A stretch of 64,000 bases of DNA from Rhizodiscina lignyota (GCA_010015805.1 ML978136.1:1-64000); one strand, 5' to 3'; numbered from the stretch's first letter, positions 11,498 to 24,570 are shown. The notes: generated from the letters alone by a model not told the origin. Made by a program: numbers and translations.

Positions 11498-14340
11498 ATG
11501 GCCGCGGTCGCCCAGAGGCCGCCTATACCGGCGGGCTACAACCAGCAGAAGCCGGAAGCGCCGCTGCCAGCTATACCCCGCTCACCCTCGCCATCTACAC
11601 AGTCGGGAAATAGTGCAAATGGGCGTCGCTCGACTACATCGTCCTTGAAAAGGCGCTCTGGTGGCTCTGCTGGAGCGTATGCGCAAAGCTCGATCGCCCG
11701 TTCTTCGCAAGTGCGCTCGCAGTACCCACGGGACTCGATGGAGAATCATGTCGAATACATCCTCGTTGCGTCGTTCGATATCGACCGCGGCTCGGTCATG
11801 GAGCACCAGTATCCGGGGCCTATATCTGGGGACGAGACGATGCTTGCGGAGCTGATGCTGCCGGACCAGGCGCATATGCGGAGTCTGGATTGGACGATAT
11901 TCTTCTTGCACAAGGACACTTCGGCAGAGGAAGAGGCTAAGGAGTTGAGAAGAGAGCGGAGGAGAAGGAGACGAAGGAAAGGTGGGGATGGTGAAGGAGA
12001 TGAAGACGGCAATGATCTGGGGAGACCCTCACTGGACGATGAAGGGGATGACTATGCCGATGCTTCAGAAGATGAGACGGAAGAGGACGACGACGAGCTC
12101 GAAGGACCGCCGCTAGTCTACGTCCTTAACCTGGTCAATACCAAACAAGACAATACTGTCAAGCGGTATGAATCTAAGACAGAAAAGTTCTGGGCTTTCG
12201 GGCTAACTCTAAAATCAGAGGTGCAATCGTCAAGGCTATGGCAATATGTACGAGGCATTCTTTCCTGCACATTTACAAGGTACGATATCATATACACTTT
12301 GAGATGCGGAACTCGGCTCTAATATGCTTCTAGCCTCTCCTACTTTTGGCGCTCGAGGAATATTTTCGCAATCCAGTCCCCGACACACTCGCTTTACTGT
12401 ACGACGCTGTCAATTCCATGGACCTTTCCTTGATGCCTCGCCTCTCTCTCCTGGAACGTCAAATACTACAAGCGAGCGACGCAAAAGACATGTTTATCGA
12501 GAAGTTCGATCAAATGATACAACATCGCATGGTAGAGGATGCTCAGCGCTCATCAGAACATTCGTCAACTTCCGATTCGCCGTCAAGGAAAGCTCTTACG
12601 CGGTACAATCTGCCAAGGGACACACATGAATTTGAATCGCGCGTCATGTACAATGGCATTCCGGTGCCCATTAAGATACCGTCTGCCATCTCACCGGAAA
12701 CAGTCGGAGACTTCTCTCTTGTGAAACTCATCCAAACCTTCTCCGCACCTCACTCGCAATCACCGCAAGCATTCTCGCCATCCCACCCACATCTTACAAC
12801 TTCAGGACCATACACCCATCCGGTCATTGTTCTCATAAATGCGCTCCTTACACAAAAACGAATCGTCTTCCTCGGCCATAACCAGCCCTCCGGATCCGTA
12901 GCAGAAGCTGTGCTAGCGGCTTGTGCCTTAGCATCCGGTGGTGGTGTTTTAAGGGGTTTTACACGCCATGCATTTCCGTATACTGACCTCACAAAAATTG
13001 ACGACTTACTAAAAGTCCCCGGCTTCATTGCAGGAGTTACTAATCCAGCCTTCGCGCACAAACCAGAATGGTGGGACGTCCTCTGCGATCTGCCCACAGG
13101 CCGAATCAAAATCTCCCCGAAAATTGAGGGCGCGCCAGTGACAGAGGGGCTTCTTTTCTTCCAGCAATCAAGTCTTGGCGCTAGCTTAAGCGACAAGGAC
13201 GGCAAGCCCGCTAGCGGTAGTCTCACTTCGACAGGCAGCTTCGGTAGCGGAAAAGATGTACCTTTGACGTTGAACGGTGCAGCCGGCACAAGCGAGAAGA
13301 CGAGCGACAAAGCGGCGCTTAATCGTGCGATAGAGGACGTTACGGGCGACCATGCGTTCATGGAGAGCGTCCACCATTCCATCTCCAGCCGCCATGGTGA
13401 GAATGTCATCAGAAGCAAGTTCGGGGCGTACATCCAACGCTTCACGCGCATTGCAGCTGCATTCGAGGAGTGCGTCTATGGTGCTAGCGCATTATTCATC
13501 GGTGCCAACGAAACAGACACCGATAAATGGAACTATGGAGTCTCCGGGCACGGGTACGTCTGGCGCAGCGAGGCCGAGCGTGCCGCAGTCCTTGGTGGCT
13601 ACGCATGGCGCGTCGAGGGATGGAGAAGCACGAGGAGCTACTATAGCTTTGTCGGCGATCTGGCAAGAGGCTGGGATAAGGCGAACAAGCAAGCTTCTGT
13701 GTCCGCAGGTACACCGACGGCAGCGAGCACTGCTGATACGGTGGCTATCACACTTGCATCACTGAGACGAGAGGGCGCGATCAGAGGACTAGATTTGCGG
13801 TTTCAGTGCGATCGTCTGAGATGTTTGAAGATGGGACATGATCAGTCTGCGGCGATCTATCTCGCCTTAGCGAGATCAATCGAACGCGCTGGTGCGGAAA
13901 GCGACGATGCATCCACCAGCGCAGAAGACGATTCTCCCGCGTCAGTCTCTGGCTCTGCTGACCCTGCGACTGCCGCACGCAACGCTGCGAGGGAAATGGC
14001 GCGCTACGATATCATCAACCAGCTGCTCGTCGTGCTACCCGAAAGCTCAGGCGGATTATTCCACATTGCGCTCGGCTTGTTCCATCCCCGGCAAGATGTC
14101 AGGGCAGCGGTAGTTGGGCTACTCGAGAGGATTCGTGAACATCCTGCTGGTAGGCACTTTTGGGCGAATATGGGCCGCTTTGCGAAGACAGGGTTTTGGC
14201 GGGTCAGAGAGGCGCTGGCGCAGGGAAATGCCGAGGGCGGAGGAGTTAATGCTGGTCCTGTTGCGGGTGGAGGGTTGATGAGCGGTGGAGGGCTGAGTGT
14301 CGGTGTGGGCATGGGAGTTGGGAGTATGCCGTTAAGGTGA
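11498..14340 (+). CDS. mesA: Afi1/MesA family DENN-like polarity protein, 3 exons
   Basis: [38 protein letters not shown] (Afi1 domain); [28 protein letters not shown]; short introns near 12166-12219 and 12280-12332. Confidence 0.85.
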
Positions 14341-14742
14341 AAGACTAAGAAAAGTAAGCGAGGGGGAGGATGATACCCAGTTGATATTTTCAGAAGCATA
14401 TATTTGTCTTTATGTGATGGAGAACGTAAACTCAGAGCAGGAGTCCTCGATCGGACCCTGTGCTAGTACAACTTCGAACAAGCAACTTTCTTGAATTGGT
14501 AATTTATGCACGCAGTTGCCGACAATGCCACAGCGCTTGATATCACATCTGCATCCGTAACAGTCCAGTCTTATTAGCCCCATTCATGGTATTAAATTGC
14601 GCCCCCTGATACCCGAAAATCTCGAAGCCGAACGAGGGAATCACAAAGATCATAATATTTACAGTATGAAGATTCAATCCGAGCACTTTCCCATCTTAAT
14701 ATCACTTTAAGTCATTAGAAGTTACATTTCCGACATGGTACT

Positions 14743-17596
14743 TCATGTATTACGAGGACATCCCAGTAGCCTGGTCCCAGCAAGGGGAGGATTAATGGGC
14801 TCGCAGTGGCCATGAGAAACTGCTCGATTGAACACAAGCCCCCTTCCCCCCCGTTTGTTGGTTGGGAGTGCACTCAAGCCCGCGCAAGTTGTTTCTGGTG
14901 TGCATGAATATGTTCCCAGGACGTTCTCGCAAAGAGGCAGACACACACTTTTCGTTATGGTCTTAACGCCGCAACCGATCTCGACATTCTGGCATACTCC
15001 TCCTCGTCCCGGCGGGCACCTGCCGGACTGGCACAGTTGGAGCTGCCCTCCTAGGATCGGTGAGCCGTCATCGAGACTGCCTGTGATATTGACAGTAAAG
15101 TCCGCATCACTGGTCTCGAGGAGGCCCAATTCAGCAGACGGGACCTGAATATCGATGGAAGGAGGACCTTGCGCAGGCACGGTTTTACCTGCCGAAATAT
15201 AACTGGTAGAATCAGCAACGCAGAGGGATTGATCGTCCCAGATAGCGCTCGCTGCGTCTCGCCAGAGCCTGGACATGTTGTAAACATTCGCGACGGTATA
15301 CTGCCGCATATTAGCGATTTTCGGCCACTCTTGCTCTTCCATGGTCGACTCACATAGATGCGGCAATCTGCTGGCAGATACTTGAACTGTAGCGGCGTAT
15401 CATCGTCCTTCCGGACTTGATCGCGCAAAGTGAAGCCGGCAAAGTTCGTGAAGATTCCAGGATCTCGCACTTGCGGCAGAGTGCTGTTTGCTGTGTCATT
15501 CACCAACTGTGCGAGACTAAAATCATAGTCGAGCGAGTCGGCCCAATAAGCTATCGCGCCTCGACTACCACTGACTGCTTGCATAGGTCCTTTCGTTGGC
15601 CGACCTCCCGCAACAACGGTCCGTACATGTCCTTGGGTAGTCATCATTTCTGCGTAGAGCGCACAAGTTGAAGAGCAGAGCCCATCGGTAAGCTATGACA
15701 CAATAGATCAGCAGGCCTGCACTATCTCCTCCGATAGCTACAAACTTACAAGGATAATGTTCTCAGCTTTGAAAGGGTTCTGAACTGTCGGATCGACACT
15801 ATGCGTGCTGTCGAAGAAATAGTCGTCAAACGCTTCATCGTCGAAGATTTCACTGGTAAGGTTGTATCGCTCTGGCAACGAGAAAAGGTCGCCATGATGC
15901 TCCCGCGGCCCATAGAACTCTGGCCACGAGGAGAAGTTTTTTCCCGTTTCTGCATCCAGGCGATCGGTTACAACCCATTCGCTTGCTGCCAGGTCCTCGT
16001 AGTAAAAGTCGTACAAATCATCGCCCGGAGACAGGGAGGACCAAAAGTCCGTAGTTGTACCTCCCAGTACATTTGCCAGATAGTGGTCACGCCGTCTGCT
16101 TGCTGCATATGGCTCAGTGCGAGGGAAGAATTGCATGAATGTATCCTGAAATTAGGTACAGCAAGTTAGTGCAGTTCCAGGTGTAGTATTTGCGCCACGG
16201 GGTAACTTACAAACGCCAATACCGGAGTCCCGCCTGTGTTCTGCTGGAGGTCGATAATTACGTGCTCAAGCTTCGCCTTTTGAGCAGAGTCTATGAATTT
16301 CGTAACCGTCTTGGAAAAGTTCCCAATGTTGTCGCCGAATTGATCAAAGCTCGGGATACTGAGGACCGCTGTGGAAATATCGTGAAGAAAATAACCTGTC
16401 ACGATGCCGCCTCCAGCTATAGATAGATCCAGTTGTACGACGTCGGGATCGGAGGGATATGCGTGATAACTAGCCTCATACCAGGACGGCTTGGAGCTGC
16501 TACTTGATCCAGAACCATCACTGTCATCGTCATCGCTTCCTCCCGAGCAGCTGCTATCGTCTGCGGATCCGTTGTACGATGCCGGTAACAGGCCAAGCAC
16601 GAAATAATTATAGAAATCACCTCCTGTTTCAAGTGGACCAGTGTTGTAAGGGTTATTATAGATAGCAAGCCAATGCAAGGGCCATTCGGTGCCGTTCTTG
16701 AAGCCAAATGTGAGATTGTCTCCCGGATAGAATGTTGCGCCACCGCCAAATACATTTACGCCGGCTTGGATGTCCTGAGCCGGGCTCGCGAATAATTGAT
16801 TCCAGTCTGCATGTGGCTCAAGCGTGCCTTGAGAATTGAGCGCAGCAAATCGCGTTAGGTAGTCAACCACATTTTCCCCATTGATGGAAATAATGGGAGA
16901 TGGTTTCCATTCGTCAGATGTGGTCGCCACTATATCGTCTGAAGAAAAGTTAGTTTATTCATTCCCTCATATGTTGTGTATGTACAGTACCCCAAATGTA
17001 AACTTGCGGCTCTTGTTTCCCGTCAATCGAGACCGATGAAAGGTATACTGGACTTGCGAAAGAGAACGCCGAAAGAACGCCAGCACTGAGATCGACATGC
17101 ATGTCGTGCATCGAATAGATGAGAGTCTGCAAGTTTGCCTCGAATTCATACTGATTCTTGAAGTATCCATCGGTGCTGTTTTGTTGGATTTGGGCTAGAC
17201 CTTCCAGAACATCGACTTTGGGTTGCTGATACCCCTCTGGAGGATCACGCAAATAGGCCAATGTGCTTTGAAACTGAATCGTGGTGTTGTAATACTCTAT
17301 AAAGCGAGCAGCGACGGCGGAATTGAACGGTACACTCGCTAGACACTGATATGCGTCGCGGGCGTAGAAGACATATTCACAAACTAGAATTTTCGTGAGT
17401 GGAAGGTCAGAATCGTTAGTCGAACATGTCTCTCACATTCCTCAACAGTCTGAATTATGTTGCCGCAAATTGTTGGATTTGGAGCTTGAGCACTGGATGT
17501 TGCCGTGCCATGTTGTGCGAGTGGGCGAGGTGCTGGGCTCGAGACAACAAATCCTAGCAGAAAACATGCTAATGCAAAGAACGGAACAGCCGACAT
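14743..17596 (-). CDS. Secreted fungal peptidase S41 (CPAF/UstP-like) with Cys-rich C-terminus, multi-exon
   Basis: Signal peptide MSAVPFFALACFLLGFVVSS; QFQSTLAYLRDPP, IIDLQQNTGG, LTDGLCSSTC (catalytic Ser region), VVAGGRP..GPMQAVSGSRG, PLQFKYLPADCRIY. Confidence 0.85.
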
Positions 17597-17710
17597 GGCT
17601 TTTCAAACGAGTGAAAGTTTAGAACAGAGTCAAGGAAAATCAGTTGGTAGACGGTTGGTATGCATATAGAGAAGCGCATGCTCATTCTCGAATCCTCGAT
17701 TTATCCATGA

Positions 17711-17743
17711 CTCAAAAATAATTACCTCAAAAATAATTACCTC
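17711..17743. repeat. 15-bp tandem duplication (CTCAAAAATAATTAC x2)
   Basis: Perfect direct repeat read from the sequence, in the divergent promoter between the S41 and NACHT genes. Confidence 0.9.
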
Positions 17744-18289
17744 TTACGCCACGACGCGAAAGACTCTACAGCTGTACGGCGAAATGGTCATGCTGTACGT
17801 CCGTTGACCATTTGCCTCACTCAGCCCTCGCCGTTGTTGTACAAAGGCGTAAAGGATCAGTTCTAAGCTTGGTTTGCTGGGGGCTTGGCCAATCACGATC
17901 CTTGGCAAAGGGGCTCAGTGGCCCCCACTGCCGCGTGCGAATGCGAATGCCCGTGTTTGCGGTCCACATCATTTTATTGTGGCTGGACTTCCGGTCAACT
18001 GGATTATTAAGTACCAGAATGGGAAGCCGGCATGGAGTTTGCTCGGGGGTTGCCAACGAGCAGTACTCTCTGCCGCCTGCCATTATGCGGCCAGAACCCT
18101 GGCCCCCCATGGATGACACAGCCAATCCCCACAGTGAGCTTATATAAGGCTGAAACGCCGTATACACAAAGAGGTTGAACAGCCGATCGTATTCCCCTTT
18201 TAGTCCGCAAGGCGATCGATGCAAATTACTTTATCTCCGGCAAGTGACCGCTAAAGAGTCAAGGAAGAATAAGAAAGCAGAGGGTTGTG

Positions 18290-19896
18290 ATGCATCCTGC
18301 AATCGCCAATTCCTTTGAGCCCCCTTTCGACGTTTATGCAAGAGCCTGGGAATGGGTATTCCGGAGCGAGGCGTTCATATCCTGGCTAGAAGAAGGTCGC
18401 ACATGGCAGCTCCGCTGCGTTGGCCCGCCAGGCTCTGGAAAGGTATGGTACTCCTGCACATACAAGCGTGACTATATTGTAGTGATGCGGCTTTAGACGA
18501 CGCTCTCTGCGCTAGTCGTTGAGCAACTGCGAAAGGAATTCAGAGATGCCAATATCGCTGTCGCATCAATCTTCATCATAGACGACTTGGGAGGTCGCGA
18601 AGAAGCTTTCTTAGAAGAGTTCCTGGAAAGTGTCTTAAAACAACTCTCCGAATCGGCCGCCGACTCTGATTTTTCCTGTTGTATCTGCAGTAGTTATGCG
18701 GAAGCTTGCAAGCGAAACGAGAAGTTTGCTCTTCGGATTGAGATGCTGCGAAAAGCAATATACACGAGGCTTACGACTCTAAATCGCGCATTTCTAATTG
18801 TCGATGACTTCGATCGATGCAGCGCCGAGGCCGCTGCCTTCCTCGAAGATGAACTTGCAAGACTGCAACGCCACAGCGTGAAGATCATGGTCACATCACG
18901 CGTCCCATACCATAGAGTTGCGAACCAGTTCTTGTGCGAAGTCGAACTTGATGAAAACGAAATTGATCTGGAGCATGGCGGGAACCTGAGCGTGTACTGG
19001 CAGTGTGAGCGGTGTTCCGGCCTATGGATGAGCGAAGAAGATGAGTATAACATTTGCAATCAATGCAAACTAAGAGGATATACTTGTAGAACGTGGTAAG
19101 TTGTTTTCCGTATCATCGACCGTTTCCTCGCTGCAAGCGACGGAAGCAAGAGACTCTGAATATCGATAAAGGATTGGCTAACGGTCAAGTATGCTTAAGT
19201 GGCCCAGATGCAAGACTGTTCGAGCCGTACACCCACGTAGAGCTGCCGGTTCTGCTCTCTAATCGTGACATGGAATGCTTCCTGAAATGGAATTTGGAGG
19301 GTGAGCATGGAGACCTTGGGCTGCAAAGTGCGAACCAGCATAAACCACCGCCATCAGCGCTTGGAAGGGCTCTTCGAGAAGAGAGAGTAGCTGAAAACAT
19401 TGTCCAAGCCGTGGTATTTGAGTCGGAAGGGAATATCGCAATTGCCAGGACTCGCCTAGATGAGATCCACGTCGCACAAACCATCCAAGAGACCGAGCCT
19501 ATTCCAGATCGCCTATCGAGAAATCGCATAGCTATGTTCCAGGCCGGGATCTCAAGGATCAATGAACAGGCTGATGGGCGAAGAGAGCTTGGGCTAACGG
19601 CAATTTCGGCGGCAGGATCAGAATCAGGAGGAACATCGTTTCGCGAACTGAAAGAACAACTTCGAACGATAGTCCGTAAACGGAAGTCTGATGGCGCATC
19701 GGACTTGACATTGTATGAAGCGCTACACGCTGCTGCCGGATATCTGGTTGTTGACAACACCATTGAGCAGCGGGTGACTCCGTATCATACGTCCTTTTTC
19801 CTGTTTGTCAATGAGAATTACGACGAGCGCCTCTTCTTGAAAGGCATGGATCTAGGCTATGCGAGGCCCTCTCGTTCGAAAACGCTACAATTTTGA
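18290..19896 (+). CDS. Minimal NACHT/STAND NTPase (~480 aa) with internal ZZ-like zinc finger, 3 exons
   Basis: WEWVFRSEAFISW..LRCVGPPGSGK|TTLS (Walker A across intron 18443-18496), FLIVDDFD (Walker B), IMVTSR, Cys cluster WQCERC..ICNQC..TCRTC (intron 19096-19199), helical/WHD-like AAGYLVVD..YHTSF, then stop. Confidence 0.8.
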
Positions 19897-20003
19897 GGAG
19901 CCTAAGGACCAATGGGTGGAACACTCATAGATGCAATCGAGCTGTCACTAGTCGATGGTGGTGTTTGTGGAGAAGTTTTGAGTGGAGTTCGAGCCTGGAC
20001 CCA

Positions 20004-22229
20004 TCATTCAAGCCAAATCCGATATTTCCCTTCATCGTCCCTACCAGAGATGACGTGAGATTCTTCGGTGCAATATACTGTTTTCAATGTGCGAAGATCC
20101 AGTCCAGAAAACCGTAGCGAGCCTGTACGGGTAAAATAATTCGCTCCAGTTCCAGGTCCTAAAATAATGCCAACACCGGATAACACAGAGATCTCGTGTA
20201 AGTCGTCTTCCTCGTCTCCACTTGCGGCCAGGATTACGAAGTAGCATTGGCCCTCGCCAAGCGAATCTGCTTCATCTAAAAATACTTCTACGCGGCCAGC
20301 TTGAGTGTTGCAATCAGGGAACTGGAGTTTGCATTCGCCAGTGATGCAGTTGTAGGTATATGTGGTGCGTGCAACATGTGTCCATAATGCGATCGCATCG
20401 GATCTCAACCTTGGGTTTTCCACGCTTGGTTTGAGTTGGCCTATGGCGTTCTGGTTCGTTAACTTTTCCATTCTGTTGACGCTGTGGATCTTGTCGGGCT
20501 CCCTGCGCCCCAGAAATTCGTCCCAATGCCGGATTTGCATGCCCCATGATTGAAAGTCCCGCCTTTCCTTTTGCCTCAACCGAAACTGTGGATCCAGATC
20601 AAAGGCAATTTCTTTGCCGTCGTGACTCGATATGGCATACAGCCGCTCCGACGTCAAGCGATCTTGCAATTCAATTGCGCCGTCCATTGACGCCCAAGAC
20701 CAGCTTGGAGCACGCAACGGCCTAGGCCGACTACTTGTCCGACAATCAGCCACCCTCCAGGCGAGTTGCTCCTTGAAGTTCCTTTCCCACATTCCTACAC
20801 AATACTCTTCATCCAAAGCGGCGCGAACTAGCTTCGCAACACCCCATATTGCGACGAGTTTGTCACCACCGTTAGTCAAGTTACATTTTGTGTAACTTTG
20901 AACTGCTCTTTTCCAAAATTGCTCCAGTGAGTCAGTGGCTTCACCAGCTAGCGGTCCCTGTTGAGGCAAAGAGGGGTCTTGCAGTCGCTGTCGCCAATGA
21001 CGATCGGTTCCAGATATCGTGTCAATCGGTTGCGGCAGTCCTGAAGGTAATACTTCGCAGGCACTCAGGGTACCGCAATCCCAAAAGATCTGATTCTTCG
21101 AGAAGTGCAGGATTCGTGGAGCTAACATCCGCTCTTGAAACACCCAAGCTCGGGTATACAACACATTATCCAACAACTCTCTTTCCCAGTAGTCGCTTGG
21201 CACTATTCGCCAAACTGTATCCCCGAAGATCCCTAGCTTTCGGCTAGTATGATAACGAGCGAGCGAAAGTTCGCCATCACCCCTAAGGTGATCAAGATTC
21301 CTTGCGCGAAACAGACCACCGTTACGATCTCTCGAAGCAGTTGCAGCTATATTGCAATGAGAGTGTCTGTAAACCTGATCCATAAGCGGCGCTTCGTGAT
21401 GCCAGTCCGTTTCTTCAAGCTCCTGCTCTTTTGCATTCGCAGATTTATTCTTCTCTGAATGCTGCACAATGCAGAGTGAGTCGATCCAGAGGTATCTCAC
21501 GGAAAGTCGTTCGCATACTTCCAGGGCCTCCGTGAAGTTGCGATTCGAGATCTGCTCGAGAGATATCCCTTCGTTCAGGAATTGCTTGATGTTCGCAGCG
21601 GTGAGGTTGATGAATTGATTCTCCTTGACGTTACCCCAGCAATGAGAAAGCGTACAATATGGCCCCGTGATCGACATGCCTTTTGTTTCGATGAGGCGGA
21701 CGAATCCATTTCTGCGAGTGCTGAGGTCAAGAAGCCTCGTCGGCACAAAGTCCAGGTAACTTTGACGATGATTACATGTCGGGTGATGTTTGGCGCAGTT
21801 GTCTATCCATGCGGTAACTCTGGACCAAGCTGGATCCGAATTCGTGCTTTCGCCAAGATCTTCTTCCCGTACGAGATCTCCAAGGCTTCCTTCGGCAAAC
21901 AAGTAGAAGGCCCTCTCCGGAAGCCAAATATCAATATCACCCCCTGCCAGCCCTCTCACCGCGTGAATGGGTCGGAAAACAATGACAATGAAATCTTGGC
22001 TTTCCCTCGTTCGACCTGGTTTCCGGATGCTCCATCGATATAACGGTCTGTTAAAGGCTTCCACAATGCCGTGCAAATCTGCAAAAAGCCTGGAGCAGAA
22101 GACACAACCCTGAGCTTCGCTATTGCGGCTAACTGCAGACGCGCTGAGGCCGTCCGAGTTTCCATGATGGAAATCCCACGTCTTTCCAGACTCGAAGATA
22201 CACTGGGTGCAGAATCTGCATACTCTCAT
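20004..22229 (-). CDS. HET-domain (heterokaryon incompatibility) protein, 741 aa, intronless
   Basis: PTRLLDL, YCTLSHCWG, YLWIDSLCIVQ, DWHHEAPLMDQVY, TRAWVFQERMLAPRILHF, APSWSWAS. Confidence 0.95.
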   Translation of the reverse strand: MRVCRFCTQCIFESGKTWDFHHGNSDGLSASAVSRNSEAQGCVFCSRLFADLHGIVEAFNRPLYRWSIRKPGRTRESQDFIVIVFRPIHAVRGLAGGDIDIWLPERAFYLFAEGSLGDLVREEDLGESTNSDPAWSRVTAWIDNCAKHHPTCNHRQSYLDFVPTRLLDLSTRRNGFVRLIETKGMSITGPYCTLSHCWGNVKENQFINLTAANIKQFLNEGISLEQISNRNFTEALEVCERLSVRYLWIDSLCIVQHSEKNKSANAKEQELEETDWHHEAPLMDQVYRHSHCNIAATASRDRNGGLFRARNLDHLRGDGELSLARYHTSRKLGIFGDTVWRIVPSDYWERELLDNVLYTRAWVFQERMLAPRILHFSKNQIFWDCGTLSACEVLPSGLPQPIDTISGTDRHWRQRLQDPSLPQQGPLAGEATDSLEQFWKRAVQSYTKCNLTNGGDKLVAIWGVAKLVRAALDEEYCVGMWERNFKEQLAWRVADCRTSSRPRPLRAPSWSWASMDGAIELQDRLTSERLYAISSHDGKEIAFDLDPQFRLRQKERRDFQSWGMQIRHWDEFLGRREPDKIHSVNRMEKLTNQNAIGQLKPSVENPRLRSDAIALWTHVARTTYTYNCITGECKLQFPDCNTQAGRVEVFLDEADSLGEGQCYFVILAASGDEEDDLHEISVLSGVGIILGPGTGANYFTRTGSLRFSGLDLRTLKTVYCTEESHVISGRDDEGKYRIWLE

Positions 22230-23211
22230 GATCCAACAAGCCCCAATTGGTGAAAGTGCGGTCCAAGCAAGAGAGGCGCGATAGCTTAAAGCTTCTTATG
22301 GAGGGCAAGTAAGAGAACGATCCATCATAAAGAGAACGCAGTCAAAACCTCTAGGACTAGACGGCATCAGAATCAGTCCCAAGGGACTAGCGACGTACAA
22401 TGGAATCGTGATAGTGAACGGTGAGAGATCAGGCGTGATGTCTCAAATCGCCTGGGCTGACATTCGCTCGGAGAAATCCGCCAGCTGAGTCCTCTTATTC
22501 CAACGTACCTCCATCTCTTGTTTTCAAACTCCAAGTATCCATAACCGAACGGTATGGCTCTGGAAGCACTCTTCATCGATTCAGCTCTGTATGAAGAGCT
22601 TATTTGAAGCTACTGTGTATGAAGTTTCCTTCTCCGAGCGTATCTCGCAGGAACAACCACTCCGTAGCTGAACTATGTAAGAGTCCAGACACGCATATCA
22701 GATTTTTCGGAAGCAGTCTTCATGAGTTCTCGGCCGTACAAACCCACGTTTTCAGTTTCACATGTCTCATAGCTCTCTATTCATACTCCTGTCGTGCATT
22801 ACTCTGCCCGTCGGCAAATATCCAATGCGCTATCGGCTAGCAGATACCTTCCCCGCAGAAGCCAAATGTCGCACCTACGGAACCGTTCCCACACCGCAGA
22901 GCGGCAGGATACAATTACTTTCTCTTGCCAGATGGGGTGATTTAGGGCTGTACTACCGATCTCAAGCGAATCCAAGCCCTGATGATCCGCTCAATTACCC
23001 TTGGACCGACTGCAGCTGCCCGCCGCGATGGACCGAAAAGGTGGGGTGTACATAATGACGTTGGTTCCCTATCGGTTGATTCCCTATCTCCTTGTACAGT
23101 TTCTATTTTCCAATCTCAAGTCATTTTCTTGCTCTTTGTAATCGAGCTGAAGTGTTATTTGACCCGAAATTTTTGGAACTCATCTAGCGATTTCTCTCGG
23201 AAACTTCGACA

Positions 23212-24570
23212 ATGGCCAAGCTCTCTTCTCAAACCGTCGATGCTATCAAACAAACTGTCGACGCGGCTTGCGCCGATCGTCAGACTGGCATTCCTGGAAC
23301 AACTGTTGTTGTAGTTGACCGTGAGGGTAAGGAGTTGTTCGCTCATGCTGCGGGAACCCGTGGTTTTGTATCTAAGGAGCCCATGACGCTCGATAGCATC
23401 TACTGGATCGCGTCATGCACGAAGATGCTCGTCGGCATAGCGTGCATGCAGCTTGTTGAGAAAGGGGTGCTTGAACTAGACGATGTTCAGGGACTAGAGG
23501 TGCTGTGCCCGGAACTGAGGGCGGTGAAGGTGCTCGAAGGAGATATAGATAACGGATTCAAGCTGGTCGAGAAAAAGAGAGGCATCACGTTGAGGATGCT
23601 GCTCAACCATACCGCAGGTTTTGGGTATACGTTTTTCAACGAGAAGCTGAGGGATTATGGACTGCCGATCGGGATTGATGAGTTCACAGGTGACATGAGG
23701 GATTTCGTGCAGCCACTTGTGAATCAGCCGGGTGAGCGCTGGGAATATGGCGTATGTCCCAGGAAGTGCCACTGCTCAGAAAGTCGAATCGCTAACAAGT
23801 AACATAGACCAACATTGACTGGGCCGGTGTTGCACTGGAGAGGGCTACGAAGATGTCACTCAACGACTACATGGTGCAGAACATATTCGAGCCTCTGGGG
23901 TTAAAGAATATCAACATGATTCCAACCAAAGACATGAAAGAGAAGCTCGTGTATATGAATGTACGGAATCCCGACGGCACTCTCACATTCCGCGATGCAC
24001 ATATCATGAGTCGATCTCTACGTATCGAGAAACCGGAGGAAATTGCCAGCTACTTCAACAGCGGCGGGGCAGGTTGTTTCGCGAAGCCGCAAGAGTACTG
24101 CCGTAAGTCTCCTGCACCTCTCCGTCATACCAAGTGCTGAAATGTGTACAGAAATCCTCGCGACCCTCTTGAACGACGGTACCTCGCCTAGCACAGGCGT
24201 TAAAATCCTGCAACCCAGCACAATTAATGAAATGTTCACCAACCAAATCCCGGAATTTCCCAACTTCGGGCGTGTACTCATCCCTGCCGCGCGTGCTGAA
24301 TACACCAACCCGATTCCGGAGCTGTATCCTGTGCCCGGCAATCCCCCTCAAGGCTGGGGGCTTACAATGATGCTTTCGAACGGTGGAGCGACAGGACGCA
24401 GCAAGAGCACAGGATTCTGGGCGGGTTTGCCAAACTTGTGGTGGTGGTGTGACCGAGAAAATGGCGTTGCGGGAATGGTGGCAGCGCAGATCGTCCCGTT
24501 TGGAGATCCGAATGTGCTGAATATGTGGGCGAAGGTTGAGAGTATGGTGTATGAGGCACTAAAGGCTTAG
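23212..24570 (+). CDS. Beta-lactamase-family serine hydrolase/acyltransferase (LovD-like), 3 exons
   Basis: WIASCTK (SxxK), ITLRMLLNHTAG, PGERWEYG, FEPLGL, WAGLPNLWWW; introns ~23752-23808 and ~24103-24151. Confidence 0.9.
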
